Shown: in pieces, positions 9,333 to 18,894 of the stretch
Layout: each line of letters opens with the position of its first letter
Position numbering within the stretch: the first letter of the stretch is position 1
DNA from: Candidatus Moraniibacteriota bacterium
GTDB lineage: Bacteria; Patescibacteriota; Minisyncoccia; Moranbacterales; UBA1568
Direction of reading: 5' to 3'
DNA: 55,427 nucleotides
NCBI GenBank assembly: GCA_903854995.1
Contig: CAINXS010000052.1
Coordinates: forward strand, 1-55,427
Position numbers and translations under genes: made by a program
Notes under the pieces: model-generated
Seen by the model: the letters and a program-made list of their open reading frames with translations, nothing else
Database searches by the model: none
What the model was told of the DNA's origin: nothing

Positions 9333-9665
9333 ATGAAAAGAGCTTATCTCATATCTTTTGTTGTCCGCTCCGTTGACAACGCCGACCGAATCATGTCCGC
9401 CTATGTTTATAGCGGCATCGACGTTCAAACAGTCCCAGGACTCAACACCGTTAAACAAACGATAGCTAAGTCCGGGCTTGTAATGTCGAATGCTTACCCC
9501 GCCGTCCACATCATCGCCTGCCAGCTCCTAAACGATTCTCCCGAATCATGCGAGGAGCAGCTATCTCAGCTGATTGAAGTCCGAGAACTCGTAAAATACG
9601 AGACCGGACTTCCGTGTCAATTTAGAGATCCAGTCATTGACTTGGAAAAGCAAGTCATGTACTGA
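9333..9665 (+). CDS. hypothetical protein (110 aa) in the AT-rich islet, antisense to the atp operon
   Basis: The ORF is bracketed by a consensus promoter and an intrinsic terminator. I recognise no family for it. Confidence 0.55.
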   Translation: MKRAYLISFVVRSVDNADRIMSAYVYSGIDVQTVPGLNTVKQTIAKSGLVMSNAYPAVHIIACQLLNDSPESCEEQLSQLIEVRELVKYETGLPCQFRDPVIDLEKQVMY

Positions 9666-9935
9666 CGACGCGACAAAATTCACAGCAAACCTATCTGGTT
9701 CAAAACCAGATAGGTTTTTTATTCCCCGTTTTTCAAATCTACTATCAGGGCTCGATATACTCGGATCCTGAATGGTGTATTCAAAAGGGATACGTATTGT
9801 CGAATAACTAGGATGGTTTAATGGCTCATTCTTTTTTTCCGTCATCGCGAGGATTCCGTCCTCGGAATCCGTGGCGATCCAGACATTCAGACGGTTCCGG
9901 GTTTCCTGGATTGCTGCGCTCATCCATCGCTCCAT
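9561..9935 (-). CDS. hypothetical ORF (MERWMSAAIQ...); doubtful
   Basis: The frame is open in an AT-rich region. However, it reads through the terminator hairpin and overlaps the 3' end of the plus-strand gene by about 105 nt. Confidence 0.25.
   Translation of the reverse strand: MERWMSAAIQETRNRLNVWIATDSEDGILAMTEKKNEPLNHPSYSTIRIPFEYTIQDPSISSPDSRFEKRGIKNLSGFEPDRFAVNFVASSVHDLLFQVNDWISKLTRKSGLVFYEFSDFNQLR
9687..9722 (+). terminator. rho-independent terminator
   Basis: AAACCTATCTGG-TTCAAAA-CCAGATAGGTTT has a 12-bp stem and is followed by TTTTTTATT. Confidence 0.85.
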
Positions 9936-9975
9936 TTGAGCGACAGATTCGCTCGCAATGACATTGTACGTTTTT

Positions 9976-10088
9976 CGTTGTCGGTTGTCAGTTTCCTGTT
10001 GTGAGTTTTCCATTCCCTGTTGTTCGTTGCTCGCTATAAGTTGTAAGTTTCCTCATCCGTTGTCAGTTGTTTGTTGTTAGTTGTAGGT
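9976..10088. repeat. long GTTGT-type word block overlapping the atpH stop
   Basis: The DNA reads cgttgtcggttgtcagtttcctgttgtgag...ataagttgtaagtttcctcatccgttgtcagttgtttgttgttagttgtagg. Confidence 0.85.
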
Positions 10089-10484
10089 CGAATTTTTCAG
10101 TGTTCCCTTCATCTCCCGCAACCTCCGGCCGACGGACGCGTCGAGCACTTCGTCCTCCGAGGAGAGCCGAACGCCGCCGAGGAGCTCCGGAAAGACGACA
10201 TACGAGACGACGACTTCGCGGTCCGGAAACGCCTCGTGAGCAGCTGCTTCGACTCCGCGGCGCATTGTGTCGTCCGCCAGGATGGCCGTCTCGGCGAGCA
10301 CACGGACACGCCCCGCGGCATGATCAATCTGCTGTTCGGCTACGCGGACGATATCGTCGAGCTTCCGCATCGCGTGGCGTCGCCGCACAAACGACAGAAA
10401 CGATGCCGCGACACGCTTCACATCACCATTCTCCGCGGAGAGGGCGACCAGGACCTTGGCATATTGTATCGGAGTGATTTTCAT
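10077..10484 (-). CDS. atpH: F1 ATP synthase delta (OSCP) subunit
   Basis: Its position between atpF and atpA supports the call, as does delta-like MKITPIQYAKVL...ELLGGVRL. The ATG at 10484 is preferred over the TTG at 10520. Confidence 0.8.
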   Translation of the reverse strand: MKITPIQYAKVLVALSAENGDVKRVAASFLSFVRRRHAMRKLDDIVRVAEQQIDHAAGRVRVLAETAILADDTMRRGVEAAAHEAFPDREVVVSYVVFPELLGGVRLSSEDEVLDASVGRRLREMKGTLKNSTYN

Positions 10485-10522
10485 TGCCGGAAATGATTGT
10501 TCTATTGCCTCATTGCTCAATT

Positions 10523-10634
10523 GTCATCCCGGGCGAGTCTTCGAGTCGAGGGATCTGCGTATGCCTTCGGCAGATTCCTCCGCTCCGCTCCGTTTCACTC
10601 CTCCCGCATGCGCGGGACTTTGGGTCGGAATGAC
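10523..10634. mobile_element. MITE-like element, GTCATCCCG...CGGAATGAC termini, family 1
   Basis: It has terminal inverted repeats and an internal GGATCTGC...GCAGATTCC hairpin. It is closely related to 53360-53464. It lies between atpF and atpH. Confidence 0.8.
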
Positions 10635-10642
10635 AAATTCTC

Positions 10643-11134
10643 TCACTCTTTCTCCAAAAACCTCGTCACCTTGCCCCGGTCGGCATCGCCGTCCAATCTC
10701 TCCCGGAGCACCTTCTCCGTCGTCGCGATCACGAGATCCGCGATTTCCCCCTTCGCTTCACGGAACATTTTTTCACGTTCTTCCTTCGCGCGTTCCCGTG
10801 CCTCTTCGATGATCCGCTCCGCCTTCCGCTCGAATTCCGCGACCAGCTCCTGACCACGCCTCTCCGAAGCCTCCCTTGTCTCGGTCACGATCTTCTTCGC
10901 CTCTTCACGGGCCGTTGCAAGTATCCGTTCTTCGCCTTTCGAAGCCTCCTGCAGCCGCCTTCCGGCCTCTTCCGCATTCTTCAACCCCTCTTCGATGCGC
11001 TCCGTCCGCTTCTCAAGAAAAACCAACATCGGTTTATAGGCAAACCGGTGCAGTATGAACAGCAGCACGAGAAAGTTTACCGCCTGTGCAAGGAGGAGTT
11101 TCCCGTCTATACCGATCTGCGTAAGGATTTCCAT
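10643..11134 (-). CDS. atpF: Fo ATP synthase b subunit
   Basis: One N-terminal TM helix followed by a long charged helix. Operon position supports the call. Confidence 0.85.
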   Translation of the reverse strand: MEILTQIGIDGKLLLAQAVNFLVLLFILHRFAYKPMLVFLEKRTERIEEGLKNAEEAGRRLQEASKGEERILATAREEAKKIVTETREASERRGQELVAEFERKAERIIEEARERAKEEREKMFREAKGEIADLVIATTEKVLRERLDGDADRGKVTRFLEKE

Positions 11135-11236
11135 ACGGTTTGTGACGTTGCTTACGACTCACGACTTCCGGCCGGCACGCCCTCCCCCGCGGGAGGGAAC
11201 CGTGCCGGACACCGGTCGTTCTTCGTACGCCGAAGA

Positions 11237-11497
<261 letters not shown>

Positions 11498-11566
11498 TTA
11501 CTGATTGATTACGGGATACGGGCCGCCGGCTTCCCCTGGGAAACCGATGCCCCGCAGACCGGAATC

Positions 11567-12328
11567 TCAATGCGCCCCCTCCTCGTGCCCCGTAACCGCC
11601 ATCTTGAGGAAGACGATCGTGAGGAGCGAGAATACCGCCGCCTGTACCACGCCCACGAACACCTCCAGAAGCAGGAACGGGAGCGGGACAAGATACGGGA
11701 CAAGGGAGAGCATCACGGTCAGGAGCACCTCGCCCGCGAACACGTTGCCGAAGAGACGGAACGAGAACGAGAGAATCTTCGCGAATTCACCGATAAGTTC
11801 GAGAAGGCCCACGACCATTCCGATAACGTAGGGTTTCTTCCACGGCGCGACCAGGAACTTGGAAGCGTATCCGCGTATACCGAGAGCCAGGATTCCGAAA
11901 ATCTGGACCGAGAAAACGGAGATAAGCGAGAGTGCGACGGTCATATTGAGATCAGCCGCGGGACCGCGCAGGAACGGTACCATGATGATGCGTCCCGCAT
12001 GCTCCTCATTCAGACCGACCGTCCCCGCCCCAGGAAGAAGTCCCGACCAATTCGAGAACAGTACGAAAAGAAAAATCGTAGCGACCAGCGGGAAAAAGTC
12101 CCTCGCCTGCTTTCGGTCGTGCGTGATGCTTTCGATAAAGGAAAGAAGTCCCTCAAACACGGTTTCTATCACGTTCTGCATCCCTCGAGGGACCTGCTTC
12201 GGATTCCTCGTGGAAAATACCGTCGATAAGGCCAAAAGAACGGCAACAAAAACGGCTATCAGCAGCGAATTGGTCACGGAAAACCCCGCTATCGAGAACA
12301 GTTTTTCGGCGATGATCGATATTTCCAT
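11567..12328 (-). CDS. atpB: Fo ATP synthase a subunit
   Basis: A polytopic membrane protein with the RLFGNVFAGE motif. Confidence 0.92.
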   Translation of the reverse strand: MEISIIAEKLFSIAGFSVTNSLLIAVFVAVLLALSTVFSTRNPKQVPRGMQNVIETVFEGLLSFIESITHDRKQARDFFPLVATIFLFVLFSNWSGLLPGAGTVGLNEEHAGRIIMVPFLRGPAADLNMTVALSLISVFSVQIFGILALGIRGYASKFLVAPWKKPYVIGMVVGLLELIGEFAKILSFSFRLFGNVFAGEVLLTVMLSLVPYLVPLPFLLLEVFVGVVQAAVFSLLTIVFLKMAVTGHEEGAH

Positions 12329-12382
12329 ACGCTTCCCACTGCGAAATGAGGTGCTTCCACGACATTATCCCCATCAGAAGCC

Positions 12383-12411
12383 ATTCTACGACGAAAAACC
12401 GGAACCGTCAA
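12383..12411 (-). promoter_or_regulatory. candidate atp operon promoter TTGACG-17 nt-TAGAAT
   Basis: The -35 box is at 12406-12411 and the -10 box at 12383-12388 (minus strand). The spacer is 17 nt. It lies about 55 nt upstream of the atpB ATG. Confidence 0.5.
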
Positions 12412-12448
12412 AGAGAGCGGAACCGGAATGTCGTATATACGCGATACT

Positions 12449-12721
12449 TCAAAGAAGCGATGCTCCGGCCGACTCGTCTTTAAAGTCAGAATCCGAAAAC
12501 TCGCTGAATGAATCGGCGATCCGAAGCGTATCTTTGGCTGGGCCGTTTTCGTCGGATTTCTTCGCCGGATGGCCGAAGTTGATATGCTCCTCACCGCTCC
12601 CCTGGCCCGTTCCCGCATCAGCCCCCCTCCCATTCATTGCAGCGGAAGACTCGGGAACCGGAAGAGCATTGTCCGACGCGCCCGACCATGCCAAACCGGA
12701 AGAATGTGTGTCCGTATCCAT
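12449..12721 (-). CDS. hypothetical acidic low-complexity protein (90 aa); doubtful
   Basis: Only an open frame supports this call. No recognisable motif was found. Confidence 0.25.
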   Translation of the reverse strand: MDTDTHSSGLAWSGASDNALPVPESSAAMNGRGADAGTGQGSGEEHINFGHPAKKSDENGPAKDTLRIADSFSEFSDSDFKDESAGASLL

Positions 12722-12796
12722 ACGATTGTCCCTGAGTTCGTCTTAGCGTCCGTTCCAGTATACCTCAGCCGCTCGAAAAGGGAAAATAAGAAATAA

Positions 12797-13723
12797 CTAC
12801 CCGCCGATACGGAGCAACACTGTCGCGTTCCGGGTCGTTGCCCGTGCGACTTCCTCGAAAGGCACGCCCTTCACGGTCGCGATCTTCTCGGCAACCAGCT
12901 TCACCAGAAGCGGCTCGTTCCGTTCTCCCTTGTGCGGTACGGGTGCAAGATATGGACAATCCGTCTCGACGACGATCCGATCGAGCGGGACCTCACGGAT
13001 AAGCCGGTCATAGGAATCGGAATAGGTCACGATACCGTTTACACCGATCATCCATCCTCGCTCCAGGAATTTCTTCGCCGTCTTATGGCTTCCGATGAAG
13101 CTGTGGATGATTCCGCGTTTTTCCGGCATCGTCTCGTCGAACAGCGCGAGCAGGTCGTCGTACGCGTCCGTTCGAACGTGGTCGAGCTGGTTCGGCATTA
13201 CGGCCGTTCGGGCGTGATCGAGTTTGCTCGATTTTACGCCCCAGCAGTGGATCATCATCGGTTTTCCGACCTCGTTTGCCAGACGCACGAACTCGCGGAG
13301 CACGCGCTTCTGCTCGTCCTTCATCGCCGAGACGTCGTCCCCTTCCTCGAAGTGATGGTAGTCGAGCCCGACCTCGCCGATCGCCACAACATGCGAATCG
13401 CGTGCGAGTTCGAGGTACGCGTCATATTCGAAATCCTCCCCGATCGTCTTTATCTCGGTCGCCGGCAGTTCCCAATCGTTCTCGTCGTCGCGATGCTCGA
13501 ACGACCGCTTCCGGAGCTGTATCGGGTGGAGTCCGACCGCGGCATACACGCCCTTCCCCTCGTATTTCCGCGCATACTCCACCGCCCGCCGGCTTGTCGA
13601 CAGCTGTGACCCCACGTTAACCACCGATATTCCGGCGTCGAGCGCGCGACGAAGTACCTCGTCCGCATCCGCGCGAAAGGCATTAAAATTCACATGCGCA
13701 TGGGTATCGAAAAGGGAAGACAT
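12797..13723 (-). CDS. tatD: TatD-family metal-dependent hydrolase
   Basis: The N-terminus FDTHAHVNF is present, with TatD-like motifs throughout. Confidence 0.9.
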   Translation of the reverse strand: MSSLFDTHAHVNFNAFRADADEVLRRALDAGISVVNVGSQLSTSRRAVEYARKYEGKGVYAAVGLHPIQLRKRSFEHRDDENDWELPATEIKTIGEDFEYDAYLELARDSHVVAIGEVGLDYHHFEEGDDVSAMKDEQKRVLREFVRLANEVGKPMMIHCWGVKSSKLDHARTAVMPNQLDHVRTDAYDDLLALFDETMPEKRGIIHSFIGSHKTAKKFLERGWMIGVNGIVTYSDSYDRLIREVPLDRIVVETDCPYLAPVPHKGERNEPLLVKLVAEKIATVKGVPFEEVARATTRNATVLLRIGG

Positions 13724-13730
13724 AGGGATA

Positions 13731-13746
13731 CTTACAACTTACAACC
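13731..13746. repeat. ACAACTT heptamers directly upstream of the tatD start
   Basis: The sequence cttacaacttacaacc was read directly. Confidence 0.8.
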
Positions 13747-13798
13747 GACGACGCGAAAGGATGAAAACTATGAAATATGGAATCGGGCATCTCTCATG

Positions 13799-14953
13799 CT
13801 ACCACGGTTTTCCGGATCCAGCTGTCTTCCGTCTCGCGAGAGAAAGAAGCGGGATCATTCCGACAAAAGCCATGAGCAGGCCCGAAAAACCGAGGAACGG
13901 GAGTAACGGCATCGCCGCGGAGATAAGCTGACTGCCGACGAACATGTACCCGGCCGCGCCCAGGCGCAGCAGAAGACTCCCGAGTGACAGGACGCTCGAC
14001 CGGACTTCCGCCGGAATGGCCGCATTGATGTCCACCATGATACGGGACTCGATATATCCCCGAAGGAAATGGACGAAAACGATAGACACGAGCGGAGCCG
14101 CCGCGATCCAGGTCAGGCCGATGAACGGGACCGTTGCCGTAAAAGCAAGGAAGGCCGCTGTCAGGGAAAGTTTCGGCCGCTTTCGATATGCGATCGTCCC
14201 TACCGCGACGAACAGGGTCGCAACTCCGGGAACCACTCCCCACCAGACGACCGGTAGGGCAATCTGCCGGAACAGGTCGTTATACAGCCACTTGAGACTG
14301 AAAAGGAACGATCCAGAAAGAAACGAAACGACGAGCAGGTTCCGTACCATCGCTTCCGTCCTTACCGCAGCGAGACCGTCGATCGCCGTCCGAAGGACGT
14401 TCCCTCCACCGTTTCGACTTTTAGGACGATACGAGACGGAGAACGCGAAACAGGCGGCACCGATCATGGCAACCGCGGACAGAACGAATGGCAGCCGAAG
14501 ATCGGCCACGGCGGCGAAGCCACCGACCGAAAGCGCGGCAAACGACACGACCTGCGAAACCGCCTTGATATTCGGGAAGTCACGGGAAAAATCATCCGAG
14601 ACCTCATGGAGAAGCGCCGTATCGCTTCCCGAGATAAGACTCTCGCCGAGCGCGGTCACCATAAGGACGCAGAAAAAATATGCATACCCCGGAACGACCG
14701 GAAACGCGGAAAGCAGGAACGACACCGCGAGAAGGACGTACCCGAGGATGATCGACATCCGATGCGAAAACACGTCTCCGACGACTCCGGTCGGATATTC
14801 GAGCGCGATGGTCGCGACATAGTATGCTCCGAGCAACGACAGCACCTGCGACGTTTCAATTCCGCGGCTGTTGAGATAGAGGACGAAGGTCGGAATCCAG
14901 AACCGGGACGAATACAGGACCTTCACGAACATCATCTTTCGGGCATCGGTCAT
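13799..14953 (-). CDS. MFS-type transporter
   Basis: The hydrophobicity pattern suggests about 12 TM helices, with an MFS-like layout. Confidence 0.75.
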   Translation of the reverse strand: MTDARKMMFVKVLYSSRFWIPTFVLYLNSRGIETSQVLSLLGAYYVATIALEYPTGVVGDVFSHRMSIILGYVLLAVSFLLSAFPVVPGYAYFFCVLMVTALGESLISGSDTALLHEVSDDFSRDFPNIKAVSQVVSFAALSVGGFAAVADLRLPFVLSAVAMIGAACFAFSVSYRPKSRNGGGNVLRTAIDGLAAVRTEAMVRNLLVVSFLSGSFLFSLKWLYNDLFRQIALPVVWWGVVPGVATLFVAVGTIAYRKRPKLSLTAAFLAFTATVPFIGLTWIAAAPLVSIVFVHFLRGYIESRIMVDINAAIPAEVRSSVLSLGSLLLRLGAAGYMFVGSQLISAAMPLLPFLGFSGLLMAFVGMIPLLSLARRKTAGSGKPW

Positions 14954-15025
14954 AGGAAATGTATCATGCGTACAGACGGGTCACCGGAGAAAAATCGAGA
15001 ATCATGAATAAAGAATCAGACATTT

Positions 15026-15117
15026 GTCGTTCCGGACTCTCGACCGGCGAATGCGCGGTTGATCCGGAATCCATACTCCGGAATTCCTGGATCCCGGGTC
15101 AAGCCCGGGATGACGAC
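15026..15117. mobile_element. MITE-like element, family 2 (GTCGTTCCGG...CCCGGGATGACGAC)
   Basis: It shares CCGGCGAATGCGCGGTTGAYCCGGAATCC with the copy inside ileS (34672-34731). Confidence 0.75.
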
Positions 15118-15125
15118 ATGACACG

Positions 15126-15530
15126 CTATTTCCGCTTCATCGCGACCGCATCAATCTCGATATCGCACCCCGGAGTTGCCGTAGCGGTGATACCGACCGT
15201 CGTCGCGGCCGGTCTCGATTCCATAAGATATTCGTTCCGTACAGCGGAAACTTTCTCGAAATCCCTTTCAAAGTGAACGAGGTACATGTTCACCTTTACC
15301 AGGTCGTTCAGATCCGCTCCGGCCTCTTCGAGAATCGCGATCATCTTATCGAATACGCACCTTGCCTGAGCTTCGATATCACCTATGCCGACAACTTTCC
15401 CCTCCGCATCCTTCGGTAACAGCCCTGGGATATAAATCGTTTCCGAGACGCCATCATCAAACCGAATCGCGGGAGTATACGCGCGACCGGACTTATACTG
15501 GTTTTTGGGAACGATGAACTCTTTTGTCAT
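15126..15530 (-). CDS. RidA/YjgF-family protein
   Basis: RidA-like C-terminal block PAATTVGI...DIEIDAVA. The ATG at 15530 is preferred. Confidence 0.8.
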   Translation of the reverse strand: MTKEFIVPKNQYKSGRAYTPAIRFDDGVSETIYIPGLLPKDAEGKVVGIGDIEAQARCVFDKMIAILEEAGADLNDLVKVNMYLVHFERDFEKVSAVRNEYLMESRPAATTVGITATATPGCDIEIDAVAMKRK

Positions 15531-15541
15531 AAATTTACTCG

Positions 15542-16468
15542 TCAAATCCAAGTGAAAGCGAACATCACCACAATCGGGATATAAATCAGCGCAAATGCTG
15601 TACTCACAAACACAGCCGAGGCGGCCTTTTCTGGATACACCTTCAATAGGGAGGCAAACGAAACTGAGTTCGCAGCCAACGGAACGGCCGACATGATAAT
15701 CATTACCTTGTAGATGAACTCGTCATAGAGATGGAGATATCTCATATCCATAAAAATTATTAAAGCCACGATAATCGGCCATGCTAGGAACTTCGCAATG
15801 AGAGAGATCGAGAGAAGTTTGAAATCAAATTTCATCCGACTCATACCGACAAGCCCCAATCCGACTATCATCATTCCAAGAATCGTATAGGCGGCCTTGA
15901 AATTTATCGCCATTTCTTCATAGGCAGAGCCAAGCCCAGAAAAAGCAAAATTAGCCATCACTCCGAATACGAAGGCGTATAGCGCCGGTAAACGCAGTAA
16001 TTTTTTCACGCTTTCTCTTCCGGTATGATTCCCTTTCGCGACCAGATAAAACCCAAGGGAATTTTCGAAAAAAATGACTCCGAGCGTGGCGAACACAGCC
16101 GAACTTAAAGTGTTATTTCCTAGCACAGACAAAACCACAGGTAAACCGAAATATCCCGTGTTCCCGGCACCGGCCATAAAGCCAAGAATATTCGGAGTCG
16201 AGTCGTTCCACATCCGCTTCCCAATAAGATAAAATATCAGACCCAAAACACTACATATGACAAAAAATACCACGGGCAACGAAAGCGTGATTAGGGAAAG
16301 CTCCGCTTTGAAGGTGCCATGAAATACGACGACAGGTGCAATTATATACACTAAGACGGCGGCGACCGTTTCTTTTTTGACATTCAATTTCTTTCCCGCG
16401 AGATATCCAAGACCAATCAAAACGTAAAGTGGAACGATTTTGTAGAGTAACAGAAAAAAGGTCGCCAT
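15542..16468 (-). CDS. AEC (auxin efflux carrier) family permease
   Basis: Two-domain polytopic membrane protein typical of the AEC family. GC is lower than in the flanks. Confidence 0.75.
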   Translation of the reverse strand: MATFFLLLYKIVPLYVLIGLGYLAGKKLNVKKETVAAVLVYIIAPVVVFHGTFKAELSLITLSLPVVFFVICSVLGLIFYLIGKRMWNDSTPNILGFMAGAGNTGYFGLPVVLSVLGNNTLSSAVFATLGVIFFENSLGFYLVAKGNHTGRESVKKLLRLPALYAFVFGVMANFAFSGLGSAYEEMAINFKAAYTILGMMIVGLGLVGMSRMKFDFKLLSISLIAKFLAWPIIVALIIFMDMRYLHLYDEFIYKVMIIMSAVPLAANSVSFASLLKVYPEKAASAVFVSTAFALIYIPIVVMFAFTWI

Positions 16469-16488
16469 ATCAATAAAAGCTACAACCA

Positions 16489-17925
16489 CTATTTCACCCG
16501 CTGGAACAGGATCTCCGTTTTTCCGGTCTCAAGAGCGGTACGGATCTTCGCGGCGGTATCGGGTAAGAACGGAACGAGCGCGACGGAAAGAAGCGCGAGG
16601 CGGTCTAATAACACGCGCATGACGCCTGTAAATTTCTCCCGATCGTTCTTCGCGAGCTCCCACGGTTTCTCCTCCTCGATATAGCGGTTCGCATCACGAA
16701 CCGTCTCCCAGATCTTTTCGAGTGCCTCGGTGAACCGGTATGAGTCGATCAGTTTCGCGACGTCATCGGGGTACGTGGGAATCTCCGCGATTTTTTTCAT
16801 ATCGTCATCGAGACCTTCCGAGAGCCGCATCACGCGCGACACGAGATTGCCGAGACCGTTCGCGAGATCGGCATTGTACTTCTCAGTCATCTTCGCCCAC
16901 GAAAGATCCCCGTCCTTCGAATACGGAAGCGCCGTAAGCAGCAGGTACCGCGCACCGTCCTTGCCGAACCGTTCCACCAGTTCCGCGGGATACAGGACAT
17001 TCCCGAGCGACTTCGACATTTTCTGTCCGTCGATGGTCAGATATTCATGCGTATAGATTTCCGTCGGCAGCGGCAGTTTCGCGGACAGGAGCATCGCCGG
17101 CCAGTAAATGGCATGGAAGCGTAAGATACCCTTCCCGATGATATGGACCCGCTTACCGTCGCCTGACCAATACTTCGCGTAGTCCGCACCGTCGTCCGCA
17201 TAGTCGAGTGCGGTGATGTAGTTCGAGAGCGCGTCCACCCAGACATACATGATCTGCGAATCATCCCCCGGCACCGGCACGCCCCACCCCTTGGCCCGGG
17301 CGACGGAACGTGAGACCGAGAAATCCTCGAGTCCCATCTCGATGAAGGACAACACCTCGTTCTTCCTGAATTCGGGTATGACCGAGAGCTCGCCCGAGAC
17401 AATCAGCTCCTTAAGTCGGGCACCATACGCCGAAAGACAGAAGAACCAGTTCTCCTCCTCGACAACTTCCGGCACGGTCAGGTGTTCCGGGCACTTCCCG
17501 TCGACCAGGTCCTTCTCGAGCTTGAATTCCTCGCAGCCGATACAATACAATCCGCGATATTTCTTCTTGTACAGATCATCGGGATTCATGGCGTTCCAGA
17601 GTTTCTTCGCGCCCGCGAAATGAATATCCTCCGTCGTGCGGATGAATCGGTCGAAGGAAAGATCGAGTGAGTTGCCGAGCGCTCGGAACGCTTCTGCATT
17701 CTCGTCGACATATTCGGCGACGGGCTTCCTCGCCTTCTCGGCACCCTGCACGTTCTTCAGGCTGTTCTCGTCGGTTCCGGTCAGAAAATACGTGTCTTCG
17801 CCGAGCACGTCGCGATGATACCGCGCGACCGCGTCGGAAAGTACCTTCTCGGACGCGTGTCCCACATGCGGAACACCGTTCACGTAGTCGATCGCGGTCG
17901 TGATGAAAAACGGTTTGGTTAGCAT
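16489..17925 (-). CDS. metG: methionyl-tRNA synthetase (short form)
   Basis: HVGH (HIGH-type) and KMSKS motifs are present. Confidence 0.95.
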   Translation of the reverse strand: MLTKPFFITTAIDYVNGVPHVGHASEKVLSDAVARYHRDVLGEDTYFLTGTDENSLKNVQGAEKARKPVAEYVDENAEAFRALGNSLDLSFDRFIRTTEDIHFAGAKKLWNAMNPDDLYKKKYRGLYCIGCEEFKLEKDLVDGKCPEHLTVPEVVEEENWFFCLSAYGARLKELIVSGELSVIPEFRKNEVLSFIEMGLEDFSVSRSVARAKGWGVPVPGDDSQIMYVWVDALSNYITALDYADDGADYAKYWSGDGKRVHIIGKGILRFHAIYWPAMLLSAKLPLPTEIYTHEYLTIDGQKMSKSLGNVLYPAELVERFGKDGARYLLLTALPYSKDGDLSWAKMTEKYNADLANGLGNLVSRVMRLSEGLDDDMKKIAEIPTYPDDVAKLIDSYRFTEALEKIWETVRDANRYIEEEKPWELAKNDREKFTGVMRVLLDRLALLSVALVPFLPDTAAKIRTALETGKTEILFQRVK

Positions 17926-17971
17926 AAAGGATTTATTTATCGATCAATATCGAGTTCTTGAATATTCTCTT

Positions 17972-18097
17972 GTCATTCCGACCCGGAGTCCGGCGAATGC
18001 CGGAGAGTCTTCGAGACACGTCGTTCGCGAGCGACTGTGTCGAGTGGAGGAATCTGCCGAGTCACGATTCAGATCCCTCGACTACGATCGGGAAGAC
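17972..18097. mobile_element. MITE-like element, family 1 in reverse orientation with a family 2-like end module
   Basis: Its reverse complement aligns along its length with 33926-34030. Confidence 0.75.
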
Positions 18098-18115
18098 ATG
18101 AATGCGCCGTGGTAT

Positions 18116-18787
18116 CTACTCATTATACGCCACGATCACGAATTCCCCTTTCACCTTGGACGGATCGGATTCGAATCGCTCTTTCACTTCGGTTACCGTA
18201 CCGCGTACCGTTTCCTCGAACATTTTCGTGAGCTCGCGTCCGAGAATGATTTTTTTTTCAGGCGCAAACGATGAAAGCAGTTCGAGATTCTTCACCACCC
18301 GGTGCGGCGATTCATAATAGACGACCGGCATATCCGACCCGGCGACAAAACGGAAAAAGGTCTCGCGTCCTTTCTTGTGCGGCGGAAATCCCTTGAAAAC
18401 GAATTCGCGCATATCGATACCGGCGACCGATACGATGGCACCCAAGGCCGACGGGCCAGGCACCGGGACGACCGGAATCCCCGCTTCGATCGCGAGCGAG
18501 ACAAGCTTGTTCCCGGGGTCGGAAAGTCCCGGCGTCCCGGCATCCGTCACGTATGCGAACGATTCCCCCGCCGAGAGACGTGAGACGAGTTCGGCGAGCT
18601 TACGATCATCGGTATGCTCGTGACACGAGATCGCCGGGACGGAAATGCCGTGCCGATCGAGGAGCCTGCGTGTCACGCGCGTGTCCTCGGCAAGCACCGC
18701 ATCGCACTCCTTGAGCGTACGAAGCGCCCGGAGTGTGATATCTTCCATATTCCCGATCGGCGTCGCGACGACGTAGAGGGTTCCCAT
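18116..18787 (-). CDS. rsmI: 16S rRNA (cytidine1402-2'-O)-methyltransferase
   Basis: The N-terminus GTLYVVATPIGNMEDITLRALRTL is characteristic. Confidence 0.9.
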   Translation of the reverse strand: MGTLYVVATPIGNMEDITLRALRTLKECDAVLAEDTRVTRRLLDRHGISVPAISCHEHTDDRKLAELVSRLSAGESFAYVTDAGTPGLSDPGNKLVSLAIEAGIPVVPVPGPSALGAIVSVAGIDMREFVFKGFPPHKKGRETFFRFVAGSDMPVVYYESPHRVVKNLELLSSFAPEKKIILGRELTKMFEETVRGTVTEVKERFESDPSKVKGEFVIVAYNE

Positions 18788-18861
18788 ATGCGTTCAGTCA
18801 GTATCGATAAGGTCTTCCCGCTCCCCTCCCCAAGGAGAGCAGGCCGATCTCTCCGTCCCCG

Positions 18862-18894
18862 CTGTTATCTGTTATCTGTTCGATGCTATCTGTC
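18862..18894. repeat. GTTATCT heptamer block overlapping the M16 peptidase stop
   Basis: The sequence ctgttatctgttatctgttcgatgctatctgtc was read directly. Confidence 0.85.
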
